The notes beneath the pieces are model-generated. The model saw nothing but the letters and a program-made list of their open reading frames with translations, ran no database searches and had not been told where the DNA came from. Shown here one piece after another: positions 20,244 through 29,621 of a stretch of 50,856 bases of DNA. The first letter of the stretch is position 1; each line of letters begins with the position of its first letter. Source of the DNA: an uncultured Methanotrichaceae archaeon. Lineage in GTDB: Archaea; Halobacteriota; Methanosarcinia; Methanotrichales; Methanotrichaceae. Position numbers and translations under genes: made by a program. The DNA is taken from assembly GCA_964418105.1 (NCBI GenBank), contig CAYQKI010000001.1, positions 8,892-59,747 of the forward strand, given 5' to 3'.

Positions 20244-20993
20244 ATGGACTCTTCTTTGAGCAAAATGTATTATATCTCGGTTGGCATTTTTGCGCTTATC
20301 ATTGCAATATGCCCGGCAAATGGAGAGACTGAGAGCGTGGTTTTGAGCGACTACAAGGTTTCGTTTGATTTGGATACCTCATTGGGCCATACTATAGAAG
20401 TTCAGCCTCCCATAATTGGAGAAAATGACACCAACTATGGTGCATATATAAAATTTTCAAACGAAACGCAGATTCTGATGGGAATCGACGTATTCAATAC
20501 GGCAAAAGATGCGACGCTTGAGCCTGAGCTGGAACTTGTCCAGGTCTATGCCAGAGGCGATGAGAACACCACAGTCACCACCAGGTCGGTGGATGGCAGG
20601 ATGGGCATTCAGACCACCAGCATAAGCAAATCCGGTGATCCTTCTTTCTCATTCCGCTCCTGGATTGATAGCCAGAAGTGCGAATGCGGCGAGGTCTACG
20701 CAGGAACTGCGAAGTTGGAGATTTTAGGCATCGTCCCGGCCAATATCTCTGAGAATCTGCTCAATTCCCTTCATGTGGTGAGTATGGCAAACGCTGTAGC
20801 GCCAGAGCCGGCCGGCTCGAAAACTCAGCCTGCTGCGTTGAGCGGCACACAGCCTGCTGCAAATGAAGCCTCGCCGGTATCTGCATCGAGCCTCGATTCG
20901 GTCCAAAAGGCTAAAATTGAAAAAGCATGGCTGAACTCCTTCTATCCAGCCGATCCTGCTTACTGGCAGTTGCATGCCTGGGCGAATTTGTAA
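20244..20993 (+). CDS. Secreted hypothetical protein
   Basis: SD aggtga, signal peptide, YKVSFDL, Ala/Pro/Ser linker, Trp-rich C-terminus; alternative start 20211. Confidence 0.75.
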   Translation: MDSSLSKMYYISVGIFALIIAICPANGETESVVLSDYKVSFDLDTSLGHTIEVQPPIIGENDTNYGAYIKFSNETQILMGIDVFNTAKDATLEPELELVQVYARGDENTTVTTRSVDGRMGIQTTSISKSGDPSFSFRSWIDSQKCECGEVYAGTAKLEILGIVPANISENLLNSLHVVSMANAVAPEPAGSKTQPAALSGTQPAANEASPVSASSLDSVQKAKIEKAWLNSFYPADPAYWQLHAWANL

Positions 20994-21048
20994 ATTTTGA
21001 TCTGATTCGCTCTTTTTATTCCTTTTTAGTTCCATTGCAGAATTTTAT

Positions 21049-21152
21049 GGCTCTGTGCCTCTGTGGTGAAAACGTCGTTAGCCATTGGTTACACCCAATA
21101 ATCACAAACGTCCACCACAGAGACGCTAGAAGCGCACAGAGGACTCACAGAG
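21049..21152. repeat. Palindromic CACAGAG-type repeat element (left)
   Basis: ctctgtggtg (21059-21068) and caccacagag (21113-21122) form a perfect 10-bp inverted repeat, followed by more cacagag units. Confidence 0.65.
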
Positions 21153-21261
21153 ACGAAGTGTCAATAATCCACAGAAAATAGAGAAGGGCCGAATCACTTC
21201 ACCGCCCACTTTAAATAGCGAGGAACCAATTTTATATATCGAGAATTCCAGAGGATATGAA

Positions 21262-21483
21262 ATGCAGCCAAATCCATTCAAATACGACGACTCCTGCAAG
21301 CACTGCGGCGTCTGGCCTATCTCAGAGGGGCCGCATCATGAGAAAGACTGTCCCAGACATCAATCCCAAATGGCATTTGACTCCGATCTGAGCCGCAAAT
21401 ATCCCTGCAAGTTCTGCGGCGCGGTTCCGTTTATTGCCGGCCCCCATCATAAAGAGGATTGTCTGCGCCGGATTAAGTTTTAG
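21262..21483 (+). CDS. 73-aa protein with duplicated CxxC-x9-HH-x3-C motif (putative double zinc finger)
   Basis: CKHCGVWPISEGPHHEKDCPR and CKFCGAVPFIAGPHHKEDCLR; gagga SD and TATA-like tttatata upstream. Confidence 0.75.
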   Translation: MQPNPFKYDDSCKHCGVWPISEGPHHEKDCPRHQSQMAFDSDLSRKYPCKFCGAVPFIAGPHHKEDCLRRIKF

Positions 21484-21556
21484 AGGTTGAAGGCTGGTGG
21501 CCACAATCATTTTTAGCTTTATGTGGGTAATGAAGCGATTCGGCTTTTAGCTATTT

Positions 21557-21630
21557 CCTATGTGGTGAAAGTCCAGGAGACCACTGGGCCGGCCCTGGCG
21601 CAAACGACTTCACCACAAAGGCACAAAGCC
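21557..21630. repeat. Palindromic CACAAAG/CACAGAG-type repeat element (right)
   Basis: tgtggtgaa (21561-21569) pairs with ttcaccaca (21609-21617); 21609-21630 is a 20/22 inverted copy of 21049-21070. Confidence 0.65.
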
Positions 21631-21649
21631 AAGAACGAAAAGCTCATTT

Positions 21650-22879
21650 TCAGGCAAATGCCTCCTCCATAATCTTCCCATAAATATACCGGAATATCAG
21701 CTTGCCTGTTGCAATCACCGGCGTTGCCAGCAGCGCTCCCAAAATGCCGAATGAGCCGGTAGCGACGATGACTCCTACCAATACTATCAACGGCGGCAGG
21801 TCCACGGCACCGCCCATGATCCTGGGCACGAGGAGCTGGTTTTCCACCATCTGCACCAGAGTGTAGAAGACGATGATTATCACCGCAAAGACCAGGTGGC
21901 CCACCTCCAGGTGCGTCGATCCGAAGAGCAGGGCCACCAAAACTGCGGGAACCGCAGCCAGGATGGGGCCGACATTGGGGATCAGCTCCATGAATCCGGC
22001 GATCACTCCCAGGAAGAATGCCTGGGGCAGACCAAGGATGAATCCGCCGATCCAGGTGATCAGGCCCACCAGGACCATGAGGTGAATCTGGCCGCGCAGA
22101 AAGCCGGTCCAGGTCCTGTGGATGCTTCCAAAGAGCAGGGAGAGCTCCGGGCCGTGGCCCGGAGGTATCAGATCGGAGAACCACTTCTTCATCTCGCCGG
22201 CGGAGAGAGTCATCTGCAGCGACATGAGCAGAGTGAACAGCACCGAAGCCAGGCCGGAGAACGTCGGCCCCAGATATCCGGCGAGAGCGCCCAGCGCCTT
22301 TCCAACACGGCTGCTCAGGTCGGCCACCGACATATGCACCGCAGGGGCAGGCACTGCGGCACCGGAGGTGGCGGCATTGAGGGCCTTGGTAATGGTCTCA
22401 AGCGCCGGATTGAAGGCCGAAGCCAGGAATCTGTGGTCCTGCAGGGAAACGGAGATGGACTGGATGGCGAAGATGAGCTTTTCGACAATTACATTGGGAT
22501 CGATCTTCATGGCGAAGTTAATGGCATCCACCAGCGGCTGGATGAGCAGCAGGGGAATGATGAGCATCGCTGCCACCACAAACAGATATGTGATTAAAAT
22601 GACGAAAGACCGATTAAGCCGGAGGCGGACGGAGAAAAACCGGATAACGGGATCGACCAGCAGGGCCAGCAGGGCGGCGCATATCACGAGAGAGAGGGAT
22701 GACCGCCCGGCATAGATGATGAAAAGCACAGCCAGAAAGAGAAAAATCCCCATAATATAGCGTGTGGGCTGGCTCCAGTGGTTGCCGGCCATGGCTGCCT
22801 GACTTGCTGCCTTATCCTCGTGCAGCCGATCGCTGGCAGGTAGATCTTTTCCCCGATTATTGTTTTTTGTCTCGCTCAT
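21650..22879 (-). CDS. AI-2E (PerM/TqsA) family transporter
   Basis: GFLRGQ, G.IAG..ELIPNVGP, QMVENQLLVPRIMG..V.LPP, G.LGALLATP. Confidence 0.92.
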   Translation of the reverse strand: MSETKNNNRGKDLPASDRLHEDKAASQAAMAGNHWSQPTRYIMGIFLFLAVLFIIYAGRSSLSLVICAALLALLVDPVIRFFSVRLRLNRSFVILITYLFVVAAMLIIPLLLIQPLVDAINFAMKIDPNVIVEKLIFAIQSISVSLQDHRFLASAFNPALETITKALNAATSGAAVPAPAVHMSVADLSSRVGKALGALAGYLGPTFSGLASVLFTLLMSLQMTLSAGEMKKWFSDLIPPGHGPELSLLFGSIHRTWTGFLRGQIHLMVLVGLITWIGGFILGLPQAFFLGVIAGFMELIPNVGPILAAVPAVLVALLFGSTHLEVGHLVFAVIIIVFYTLVQMVENQLLVPRIMGGAVDLPPLIVLVGVIVATGSFGILGALLATPVIATGKLIFRYIYGKIMEEAFA

Positions 22880-23222
22880 TTTGATTCACCCTTCATAGCA
22901 TCATTCATGCCGGCCTGGTCGGCCTTCGAGATCTTGTCTAAATTTCTTTGTATAGATATGGCAGTGCAATCGCCAATCTCCATAAAATAGCCGTCTGAGA
23001 TCTCTGATCCTGGTTTGGATCGACGGCTAGAATTCATAAACGAGGTTCTCTCTCAAGAGCATTAAGCTTTTCTATTTGATGTATATTTTATTCCTCTTGG
23101 CCCGGAACTCACTGGAACCTGCCGGACTTGCCGTCCTGGAATTTCTTTGCCGATCTGGACATAGTTTAGCCGCAAATTTGAAATATAATCATTAAAGATT
23201 CTATTTAATAAACGGTGACTTT

Positions 23223-24233
23223 ATGAGAATCAGGACATATTTGATTTCGATTGCGATAGCATCCATATTCATATTATTAGTGGCAATGGCTGTCGATGAG
23301 AATGAAGAGAAGTCTGCGCCGGCGGCAGATCCTCTGCCATCCTGGAATGAGGGATCGACAAAGGACGCGATCATGGATTTTGTGACAAATACAACCAACG
23401 AGAGCCATCCGGACTATGTGCCGGCGGAGGAGAGAATCGCCACATTTGACAACGATGGCACTCTCTGGTGCGAGTATCCGGATTACGTCCAGTCCATCTT
23501 CATGTTCGACCGAATCAGGGAGATGGCAGCAGAGCATCCGGAATGGAATGATACGGAGCCCTTCCGGTCCATCATCTCCGGCGAGAGATCCTACTCCACG
23601 AACTTTACAGTCAATGAGTCGCTGCAGATTTACGTCACCACCAGCTCCAACCTGACCGCAGACGAGTACATGAGCCTCGCCGGCGAGTGGCTCAATAGCA
23701 CGCAGCATCTCAGATTTGGCCAGCCCTACACCAAATGCGTCTACAAACCCATGCTGGAACTGCTCAGTTATCTGCAATCCCAGGGCTTCAAGGTCTACAT
23801 AGTTACAGGAGGAGACGAGGACTTCGTGCGCAGCTTCTCCGAGGAGGTATATGGCATTCTTCCTGAGCAGGTGATCGGCTCGGCATTCAAGCTGCAGTTT
23901 GTAGAGAACAACAGCAGCGTTTCGGTTGTAAAGCTCCCTCAGATCCTGGTCATGGATGATGGCCCGGAGAAGGCCAAGGAGATACAGCAGAACATCGGAA
24001 TGAGGCCGATATTCGCCTATGGTAATTCGAACGGAGATATTGCCATGCTGCAGTTCGCTACATCGGACTCCCGACATGGATTGGGTCTGCTCAATCATCA
24101 CGACGACCCCGTCCGCGAGTATGCCTATGACAGGCAATCGCCAATCGGAAGACTGGACGAAGGTCTGGATATAGCCGGAGAATGGGGCTGGCAGATCGTC
24201 AGCATGAAAGACGACTGGAAGGAGATATTTTAA
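23223..24233 (+). CDS. Exported HAD-family hydrolase (acid phosphatase-like)
   Basis: N-terminal signal/TM; RIATFDNDGTLW (DxD), IVTGG, GNSNGD. Confidence 0.9.
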   Translation: MRIRTYLISIAIASIFILLVAMAVDENEEKSAPAADPLPSWNEGSTKDAIMDFVTNTTNESHPDYVPAEERIATFDNDGTLWCEYPDYVQSIFMFDRIREMAAEHPEWNDTEPFRSIISGERSYSTNFTVNESLQIYVTTSSNLTADEYMSLAGEWLNSTQHLRFGQPYTKCVYKPMLELLSYLQSQGFKVYIVTGGDEDFVRSFSEEVYGILPEQVIGSAFKLQFVENNSSVSVVKLPQILVMDDGPEKAKEIQQNIGMRPIFAYGNSNGDIAMLQFATSDSRHGLGLLNHHDDPVREYAYDRQSPIGRLDEGLDIAGEWGWQIVSMKDDWKEIF

Positions 24234-24251
24234 TATTTAAAATTTAAAAAT

Positions 24252-24333
24252 GGGCCTGAATCTCAGGCCCTCAGATTTCTGACCAAATTCTTTTTTCATC
24301 AATTCTGCTCTTCATCAGGGCTTCAAAAAAAAA
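24252..24333. terminator. Bidirectional terminator region between convergent genes
   Basis: gggcctga-atc-tcaggccc hairpin, T-tract on + (24291-24297) and A-tract just before 24334 (T-tract on -). Confidence 0.55.
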
Positions 24334-26985
24334 TTAGCTCTCCACCTCCATTACAACCTTCTCCAGCTTCCCGGTGAACGGGAAGGGGCTGTTGTAGCTA
24401 TTGGCGACAGGCGTCTGGGGATCCTTGCCCACCTCCAGCCCCTCCTCGAAGGAGTAGCGCTTGGGCACTGTGCGGGGCATGGAGACCTTTCCCTGCTCCT
24501 TGCCGTTGATAAAAAGGGTGCCCTCTCCCTGATAGGGTCCCGTCTTGTCAAAGGCAAAGCTCAGAGTGGACTGACCGGCAGCGACCTCATCTCCGGAGGT
24601 CACAATGTAATGGCGCAGCCCCAGGAAGTTGTAGTCGAAGACCAGATGACTGTCCTGGATGTAAAGGGACAGCCCGGCAAACCGGCCGCCGATGGAGAAG
24701 AGCACGCCCTCCGCTCCGCTCTCCGGGATTTCTACATAGGCGGTTATGGTATAGGAGCTGTTGTGAGTGTCCGGGATATCCGGCTCCATGATCTTCTCCA
24801 CATCCGGCCTGTAGGTGTAGGTGAACTTCCCGGTCTTCTGAAGCTCATCATATCTAGCTCCTGCCCGGTCGTCCAGGGGAAGCACATTGTACTTGCCGGC
24901 CTCGGCCCACCAGCGCTCCTGCATCTCCTGAAGCTTCTCCGGGTTTTCGGAAGCCAGGTCGTGAGCCTCGGATACATCTGCGGACAGGTTGTACAGCTCC
25001 CAGACGTCCTGGTCGAAGTTGCCTCCGGATGCCAGGTGATGGAATGCTACTGCCTTCCAGTTGTCGTACCACAGGCCGCGCGTGCCCATCATCTCGAAGT
25101 ACTGCACAGCTTTCTGGGTCGGAGCGTCAGGATTGCCGAAGGTGTAGGCCAGGCTCGTGCCCTCCACCGGCCTCTGGGCTATTCCTCTGTACTCCTCCGG
25201 AGCCGTCAGGTTCAGGACCTCCAGCACGGTGGGCACTATGTCTATGGCGTGGCAGAACTGGCTCCTCATGCCGCCCTGATCCGGGATGCCTGCCGGCCAG
25301 TAGATGATCAGGGGATCGTGGGTGCCTCCCTCGTGGCTGGTCCACTTGTAGAGCCGGTTGGGTGTATTATCGGCCATAGCCCAGCCCAGCGGGTAGGTGG
25401 GATAGCTCGCCGGCCCGCCCAGATCGTCGAGATTGGCCAGCATTGTGCTTATGTTGGAGAAGGCAGTGGCCATGAACTGCTGCTGGAAGCCTGAGGAGTC
25501 ACCGCCCTCTGAGATGCCGTTGGACCAGAGAACCATATTGGTATAGCCGTTGGCGTCTCCCTCCGGAGAGGCTCCGTTATCTGATATCACCACAATCATG
25601 GTATTCTCAGCGAGGCCGCTCTCGTTCAGATAATCCATGAACCGGCCTATCTGCTCGTCGGTGTAATCGATGTATGCGGCGTGAACCTCCGCCAGGCGGG
25701 CGTAGACCTTCTTCTCGTCATCAGTCAGGCTGTCCCAGGCTTTGACGTACTCATCCCTGGGCGGCAGGACTGTGTCCTCTGGAACCACTCCCAGAGCCTT
25801 CTGCCGCTCCAGCGTCTCATAACGCATCACATCCCAGCCCTGGTTGAAGCTGCCATTGTACTTCTCGATGTACTCCCTGGGGGCGTGGTGCGGCCAGTGG
25901 CCTGCTCCGAAGGCCAGGTAGAGGAAGAAGGGCTTGTCCGGGTCGTTGCTCTTACCGTCGCTGATGAACTGGATGGAGCGGTTAACCAGGTCGCTGGAGA
26001 GGTGGTATCCCTCTTCCGGAGTGGCCGGTGGACTGATGCGGGTGTTGCCGGCTACCAGGTCCGGATACCACTGGCTGGTATGAGACTCCAAAAAGCCGTA
26101 GTACCTCTCAAATCCCCTGCCTAAAGGCCACTGGTCGTAGGGCCCGGCGGCGTTGATGGTGTCTGATGGGGCCAGGTGCCACTTGCCGGCGCAGTAGGTG
26201 TTGTAGCCCTGCTCTTTCAGCATCTCAGGCATGGTGGCTGCGGCTTTGGACAGGTATGTGGTGTATCCGGGATAGCCTGCCGGAAACTCCATCAGCACGC
26301 CCACACCCACGGAGTGCAGGTTTCTGCCGGTGAGAAGGCAGGCCCGGGTAGGCGAGCAGATGCCTGTGGTGTGGAAGTTATTGTAGGAGAGGCCTCCCGC
26401 TGCCAGGCGGTCGATGTTGGGCGTCTCGACAGGTCCGCCGAAGCAGCCCAGGCCGCCAAACCCGATGTCGTCGAGCACCAGGAAGACCACATTGGCTGAG
26501 CCCTTGGCTGCCCGGTCAGGCTCCAGGCTGCAGGCCACTGAATCTTTGTAGGTCAGGCCGATCTTCTGGCCCTGGCAGGTTCCGCTCTCCCGGGATGATG
26601 CCGATGGATCTGATGCCCCGGAAGCGGATGCACTGGCATTGGCGGACTGGATGACCAGGACCGTCTCCTTCTGGGGGGATGCAACGTCCTCATTGGCCAC
26701 ATCGGCCAGAGTGGAGCTGTCGGTCAGAACCTTTCTCCTGTTGGTGACCAGTTCCAGGCCGGACCGCTCACCGGCCAGGGCAGAACTGCTCTTGTCGTCT
26801 GCTGCCAGATAGTCGTACGGCTGGCTCTGTCCAGCCGCTGAATCATCCGTTGCGGCTGGAGAGTCATCGCTATCCGCGGCAAAGCCACCGGACGCGATGA
26901 TGGCGAACAAAAAAATTGCAATAGCCATTATCAGTCTTTTTCTATCAAAGATATTAATACCTCCTGAGATCTTTGATAGCATCAT
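24334..26985 (-). CDS. Exported arylsulfatase (Cys-type, CSPTR) with long pro-region
   Basis: Signal peptide (RKRLIMAIAIFLFAIIASGGFA), NVVFLVLDDIG, ICSPTRACLLTGRN, GKWHL; the ORF-track start 27180 overlaps the divergent gene, so the true start is 26985, 26952 or 26928. Confidence 0.92.
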   Translation of the reverse strand: MMLSKISGGINIFDRKRLIMAIAIFLFAIIASGGFAADSDDSPAATDDSAAGQSQPYDYLAADDKSSSALAGERSGLELVTNRRKVLTDSSTLADVANEDVASPQKETVLVIQSANASASASGASDPSASSRESGTCQGQKIGLTYKDSVACSLEPDRAAKGSANVVFLVLDDIGFGGLGCFGGPVETPNIDRLAAGGLSYNNFHTTGICSPTRACLLTGRNLHSVGVGVLMEFPAGYPGYTTYLSKAAATMPEMLKEQGYNTYCAGKWHLAPSDTINAAGPYDQWPLGRGFERYYGFLESHTSQWYPDLVAGNTRISPPATPEEGYHLSSDLVNRSIQFISDGKSNDPDKPFFLYLAFGAGHWPHHAPREYIEKYNGSFNQGWDVMRYETLERQKALGVVPEDTVLPPRDEYVKAWDSLTDDEKKVYARLAEVHAAYIDYTDEQIGRFMDYLNESGLAENTMIVVISDNGASPEGDANGYTNMVLWSNGISEGGDSSGFQQQFMATAFSNISTMLANLDDLGGPASYPTYPLGWAMADNTPNRLYKWTSHEGGTHDPLIIYWPAGIPDQGGMRSQFCHAIDIVPTVLEVLNLTAPEEYRGIAQRPVEGTSLAYTFGNPDAPTQKAVQYFEMMGTRGLWYDNWKAVAFHHLASGGNFDQDVWELYNLSADVSEAHDLASENPEKLQEMQERWWAEAGKYNVLPLDDRAGARYDELQKTGKFTYTYRPDVEKIMEPDIPDTHNSSYTITAYVEIPESGAEGVLFSIGGRFAGLSLYIQDSHLVFDYNFLGLRHYIVTSGDEVAAGQSTLSFAFDKTGPYQGEGTLFINGKEQGKVSMPRTVPKRYSFEEGLEVGKDPQTPVANSYNSPFPFTGKLEKVVMEVES

Positions 26986-27058
26986 AGTAATATATGTCTT
27001 TTGCCTAAATTGTCTAAAGAGCACCGATAAAAAGATCAATAGATAGGATGGGGATAAT

Positions 27059-29428
27059 ATGAAATATAGAATGTCAACTTTAGGATTAATTCTTTTATCA
27101 ATCTGCATTTTGGGGCATTCTGCGCTGGCTGAGGGCGCGGCAGAGCAGGCCGGCCTGCCATCCGGCCAGGGTGAGTACAATCAGGGTGATCAGGATGAGT
27201 ACAGCCAGGATCAGTATGCTCAGGCGGAGAGGTTTCTGCCCGCCAATGCCACTTCCTCCATCTTCAACGCCAGCGTCGATCCTCACTGGATCGCGGGAAC
27301 GGATTCTTTCTGGTATCTGAAGAATGGCAGGGGAGGCGATCAGTTCGTCCTTGTGGACATCGGGAACAGGACAAAAGCCGCTGCCTTCAACCAGACCTCT
27401 CTGGCGGCATCGCTCTCCGCCGCGGCCGGCGAGCCGGTTGATCCAGACCGTCTTCCCTTTGCAGAGATCACTGTCTCAGAGACAGATGGGGCTGGAGCAG
27501 TCGAGATTGAATTTGAGGCTTTTGACAGAAGCTGGCAATATAACGCCACCAGCGGCGATCTGGTGCAGGACTCCCCCCGGCCCCTTAGCCGAGGCGAATC
27601 TCTCTCCCCGGACGGCAGGCTGGCAGCCTTCGTGCTGGACCATAACCTCTGGATCAGAGACACTGAGACGGGTGAGAGGTATCAGCTCACAGATGACGGG
27701 ACAAAGGACTACGCCTATGCGGAGCGCTCCGAGACGGTCTCCCATCCCGTCACCCTGGCAAGGCTCAATGAGACGGCAAAGCCCTATGCCGTCTGGTCAC
27801 CGGATTCGACCGGGATCGCCACATTCAGGATGGACCAGAGGAATGTCTCGCAGATGCATCTTCTGGAGTATGTTCCAGGCAATGACAGCCGGCCCAGGCC
27901 CTGGAGCTACAGGTTCGCAACTCCTGGTGACACAGCCCTTCCCATGTACGAGCCGCTGGTCTTCGATGTCGCCGGCAGGAGGGCCGTTGCCGTAAATGGC
28001 CCGGCCCAGCCGGAGGTATCGCTGATGGATACAGAGGACGATGTGCTGCAGTGGTGGAGCGATGACAGCCGTACTCTCTACTCCCTCTACGCAGAAAGAG
28101 GAGAGAAGGCCCTGCGTCTCCTCCGCACCAATCCAGAAACGGGCCGGACGGAGGAGGTCCTGGAGGAGAGGGGCAGCACATTCGTAGAGGCTAACCTCGA
28201 CTATGCCCGCCCGCCCAACGTGCAGGTCCTGAAGAGCGGGGATGTGATCTGGTTCTCGGAGAAGGACGGCTACGGCCACCTCTATCTCTACGGGCCGGAC
28301 GGAAAGGAGAAGAACGCCATCACTTCAGGTGATTGGGCGGTCAGAGACCTGCTCTACGTCGACGAAAACGCATCGCTGGTTTATTACCTAGCGGGAGGCA
28401 GGGAGGCGGGGCGCGATCCCTACTACCGGCACCTCTACCGGTCCTGCCTGAACGGCAGCGGCCAAAAGCTGCTCACCCCTGAGGACGCAGACCACAATGT
28501 GCAGGTGGCCCCGGGCGGGACGGCCTTCCTGGATAGCTATTCAACAGTTGAGCAGCCGCCGGCAGCAGTGCTGAGGGACATGAATGGCAGCGTCATTCTG
28601 GAGCTGGAGAAGGCGGACATCGGCAATCTCACAGAGATGGGCTGGAGGGCCCCGGAGCGCTTCTCAGTAAAAGCCCTGGACGGAGAGACCGACCTGTACG
28701 GCCTGATCATAAAGCCCACGGACTTCAATTCCTCCCGGAAGTATCCGGTGGTGGAGACGGTCTACCCCGGCCCCTGGATAATAGTAACCGCCAAGTCGTT
28801 TCCTTCAGACATGGCCTGGGTGAATAAGATCTTCTGGAGGGCACAGGCAGTGGCGGAGCTTGGATTCATTGTCATCACAATGGACGGGCCGGGCACACCC
28901 TACCGCTCCAAGCAGTTTCACGATGCCTGCTACGGGCGGCTGGGCGAGGCGGGAGGGCTGGCAGACCATGTCAATGCCTTAAAGCAGCTTGCAGTCGACC
29001 GGCCCTACATGGACCTGGGGCGAGTGGGGATGTTCGGGCACTCGGCAGGCGGATTCATGACCGCCCAGGCTCTGCTCACCTATCCGCAGTTTTATAAGGT
29101 GGGCGTGGCCTCAGCCGGAGACTACGACAGCCGGTTCTACGGAGCCTTCTGGGGCGAGAAGTACGAGGGGCTGAATGCGTCTCTTTACGGCGAGCAGATA
29201 ACCTCATTGAAGGCCTCGAACCTCACCGGCAAGCTCCTGCTCGTGGCCGGGGATGTGGACGACAACGTCAATACCTGCATGACCATGCAAATGGTGGATG
29301 CGTTCATCAATGCCGACCGGGACTTTGACCTGCTGATCATGACCGGCAGGAACCACGATCTGAGCTACGACACGTACTATCTGCACAGGTTGTTCGGGTA
29401 TCTGGAGGAGAACCTGAAAGTGACATAA
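27059..29428 (+). CDS. Exported S9 family peptidase (dipeptidyl peptidase IV-like)
   Basis: Signal peptide, SPDG beta-propeller repeats, YPGP, GHSAGG nucleophile, GDVDDNV, NH. Confidence 0.92.
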   Translation: MKYRMSTLGLILLSICILGHSALAEGAAEQAGLPSGQGEYNQGDQDEYSQDQYAQAERFLPANATSSIFNASVDPHWIAGTDSFWYLKNGRGGDQFVLVDIGNRTKAAAFNQTSLAASLSAAAGEPVDPDRLPFAEITVSETDGAGAVEIEFEAFDRSWQYNATSGDLVQDSPRPLSRGESLSPDGRLAAFVLDHNLWIRDTETGERYQLTDDGTKDYAYAERSETVSHPVTLARLNETAKPYAVWSPDSTGIATFRMDQRNVSQMHLLEYVPGNDSRPRPWSYRFATPGDTALPMYEPLVFDVAGRRAVAVNGPAQPEVSLMDTEDDVLQWWSDDSRTLYSLYAERGEKALRLLRTNPETGRTEEVLEERGSTFVEANLDYARPPNVQVLKSGDVIWFSEKDGYGHLYLYGPDGKEKNAITSGDWAVRDLLYVDENASLVYYLAGGREAGRDPYYRHLYRSCLNGSGQKLLTPEDADHNVQVAPGGTAFLDSYSTVEQPPAAVLRDMNGSVILELEKADIGNLTEMGWRAPERFSVKALDGETDLYGLIIKPTDFNSSRKYPVVETVYPGPWIIVTAKSFPSDMAWVNKIFWRAQAVAELGFIVITMDGPGTPYRSKQFHDACYGRLGEAGGLADHVNALKQLAVDRPYMDLGRVGMFGHSAGGFMTAQALLTYPQFYKVGVASAGDYDSRFYGAFWGEKYEGLNASLYGEQITSLKASNLTGKLLLVAGDVDDNVNTCMTMQMVDAFINADRDFDLLIMTGRNHDLSYDTYYLHRLFGYLEENLKVT

Positions 29429-29621
29429 GCTGAGCAGAAAAGCCGGCTATTTTTACTTCTATTTTTCCGAATTTATGAAGAAATCAGCGAAATTTCGTCT
29501 TGTCCAATTTCATATCCTGACTATGCGTTCAATCATATATGAGCGTCGAAACAATTTCAGGACTCTACAAAAGCGAAGTACTTTGGATAGATTTAAATAT
29601 GATAAAAAAGAATAAACATGT

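Noticed and set aside
21292-21303. CKHC as a c-type haem-binding motif
   Set aside because: The pattern is CxxCG rather than CxxCH, and there is no signal peptide
26986-27180. N-terminal 65 aa of the 948-aa sulfatase ORF
   Set aside because: Overlaps the divergent S9 peptidase gene and promoter; the signal peptide and SD lie downstream
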